NCBI GenBank assembly: GCA_900319595.1
Contig: ONOZ01000016.1
Location: 1 to 26,281 of the forward strand
Direction of reading: 5' to 3'
Source of the DNA: an uncultured Bacteroidales bacterium
GTDB taxonomy: Bacteria; Bacteroidota; Bacteroidia; Bacteroidales; P3
DNA length: 26,281 nucleotides
This document shows, one piece after another, positions 25,058 through 26,281 of the stretch. Made by a program: the position numbers and the translations under genes. The notes below the pieces were generated by a model. That model was not told the DNA's origin and made no database searches. It saw only the letters and a program-made list of their open reading frames with translations. Numbering within the stretch: position 1 is the stretch's first letter; every line of letters begins with the position of its first letter.

Positions 25058-26281
25058 TTAGAATCTCAAAGTCATTGCCAAAGACGGCATAATAGGCAAT
25101 TGGTCAATACGTTCAGCCGTGATTCTATCGTAATAGAACATATTGTTACGGTTATATATGTTAGTAGCACTTGCTTCAATTTCCAATATTGAATGTTTGA
25201 AGACATCAAAACGTTTTTTAGCTGATATATCAAAGCGATGGTATGCAGGAAGTCGCTTCGCATTCAATTCTCCATACATAGTAGTCAAAGTTCCTGCCGA
25301 AGAGATGTAATCTCCAGTGAAACCACCTGCAAAAGACAAGACTTCGCCAAATCCGGCAGTAGCGGTGAATGGGAATCCAGAGCCATAGTTCCAACGAACA
25401 CTTATCTCCCACGAACGGTCCATACCTAACTGATATGAAGCCAAGATATTAACGTTGTGTCGTCTGTCATAGTGTGGAGCATATGTGCGATTTTCACTTT
25501 TCTTTTCAACTTTACCTAAAGAATATATTGCCCAAACATATAATCTTCCGTCAGAATATTTAAAACTCATATCACCACCCCAAGCATCACCTTCTTCAAT
25601 TGCAAAGTTCTTTCTCAAATATTCAGGATAGGAAAGATGGTCGGACGAATTTGGAGTATAGAGTCTATCTCTATTGATGGCAATCAAATTAGACATAGTT
25701 TTGTAGTACCCTTCAATATTAAAAGACAAATACTTTGTAATATCCCACTCAGCACCAATAATAAAGTGATTGGATTTTTCAACATAGTGTGAAACCTCTT
25801 CGCCTCTAAATGTTTTGACAACGCCACCAAACAAATCTGGACTTGTAGTCAAGTAGCCTGTGAATAGATTGACGATGTCCCTATCAGATTTTGTATCAAT
25901 AAAAGTTTGAGAATACTTACCCATTGCTGCTTTTAAACGAAATTTATCTGTAATGTTGTATTTCATGGATAATCTTGGCTCAATTATTGCTTCAGACAAA
26001 GAGGCATAATACGAAATCCTCAAACTTGGTTCATATAAGAAATTACCTAAAAAGCCTTTAAATATTAAATAAGTCCCAGCATCAGAGGAATAGTCTTTAT
26101 TTTCTTCTTCTTGATTTTCAAAAAGAGTATTAGTAGTATTCCACATCAAATCTACACCGTAGCGTAATTGATTTTTAGAATAGAATTGCGTTACATCTAA
26201 ACTACCGTTGAAAGAGGCAATATTGCTTTTTTGATAACTACTTTTAGATTTCTCGTCCATTTCCATAGTATAATTAGAATA
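25058..26281 (-). CDS. TonB-dependent receptor / outer-membrane beta-barrel, C-terminal part (5' end beyond window)
   Basis: The frame stays open to the window edge (..YSNYTMEMD). Alternating beta-strand pattern, EPSLRISY, EPRLSMKY, IEGYYK, YDRRH, RLPAYHRFD, NIYNR, and terminal Phe. Confidence 0.82.
   Translation of the reverse strand, partial: YSNYTMEMDEKSKSSYQKSNIASFNGSLDVTQFYSKNQLRYGVDLMWNTTNTLFENQEEENKDYSSDAGTYLIFKGFLGNFLYEPSLRISYYASLSEAIIEPRLSMKYNITDKFRLKAAMGKYSQTFIDTKSDRDIVNLFTGYLTTSPDLFGGVVKTFRGEEVSHYVEKSNHFIIGAEWDITKYLSFNIEGYYKTMSNLIAINRDRLYTPNSSDHLSYPEYLRKNFAIEEGDAWGGDMSFKYSDGRLYVWAIYSLGKVEKKSENRTYAPHYDRRHNVNILASYQLGMDRSWEISVRWNYGSGFPFTATAGFGEVLSFAGGFTGDYISSAGTLTTMYGELNAKRLPAYHRFDISAKKRFDVFKHSILEIEASATNIYNRNNMFYYDRITAERIDQLPIMPSLAMTLRF

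Noticed and set aside
1526-25429. The many short ORFs in the track that overlap long genes (e.g. 1526-1777, 2207-2416, 2943-3152, 3172-3390, 5415-5699, 7514-8005, 9169-9384, 10179-10433, 14735-15121, 17410-17754, 23477-23839, 25238-25429)
   Set aside because: They are antisense or alternate-frame shadows of well-supported genes, with no recognisable motifs or independent expression signals.
1-26281. CRISPR array, tRNA/rRNA, IS/integrase, prophage, defence system or invertible promoter
   Set aside because: I saw no regularly spaced repeat-spacer units, cloverleaf or rRNA signatures, mobility or defence-domain ORFs, or long inverted repeats flanking a promoter. Small structured RNAs cannot be excluded without a covariance-model scan.

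Overview
AT-rich window from a Bacteroidota genome, probably Bacteroidales. This is inferred from repeated TAnnTTTGCA (-7) and (T/A)TTG (-33) promoter boxes, A-rich translation starts without Shine-Dalgarno sequences, DUF4290-murA synteny, Asp-type MurA and a Prevotella/Bacteroides-like XylA. It is mostly core chromosome. In order: priA(-), rpsA(-), long RelA/SpoT(+), nhaD(+), then a minus-strand run of uvrA, CPBP protease, uvrD/pcrA, DUF4290, murA, a degenerate arginase/formimidoylglutamase-like gene, an NtrC-like response regulator and a lytic transglycosylase. After that come an ICMT/PEMT-like membrane methyltransferase(+), xylA-xylE(+), a ComEA-like HhH protein(+) and the 3' part of a TonB-dependent receptor(-). 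I found no rRNA, tRNA, CRISPR array, transposase, integrase or phage gene. The best leads are: (i) a receiver-AAA+ regulator with no DNA-binding HTH and an altered GAFTGA loop, 5 nt from a lytic transglycosylase and in one gene run with murA and an apparent arginase-fold pseudoenzyme; (ii) a TAATCACCGA motif shared by two intergenic regions, one with competing hairpins; (iii) a consensus promoter pointing antisense into priA; (iv) a xylA-xylE cassette without xylB or a regulator. I saw no clearly novel multi-gene system. All family calls come from motif recognition, not database searches.
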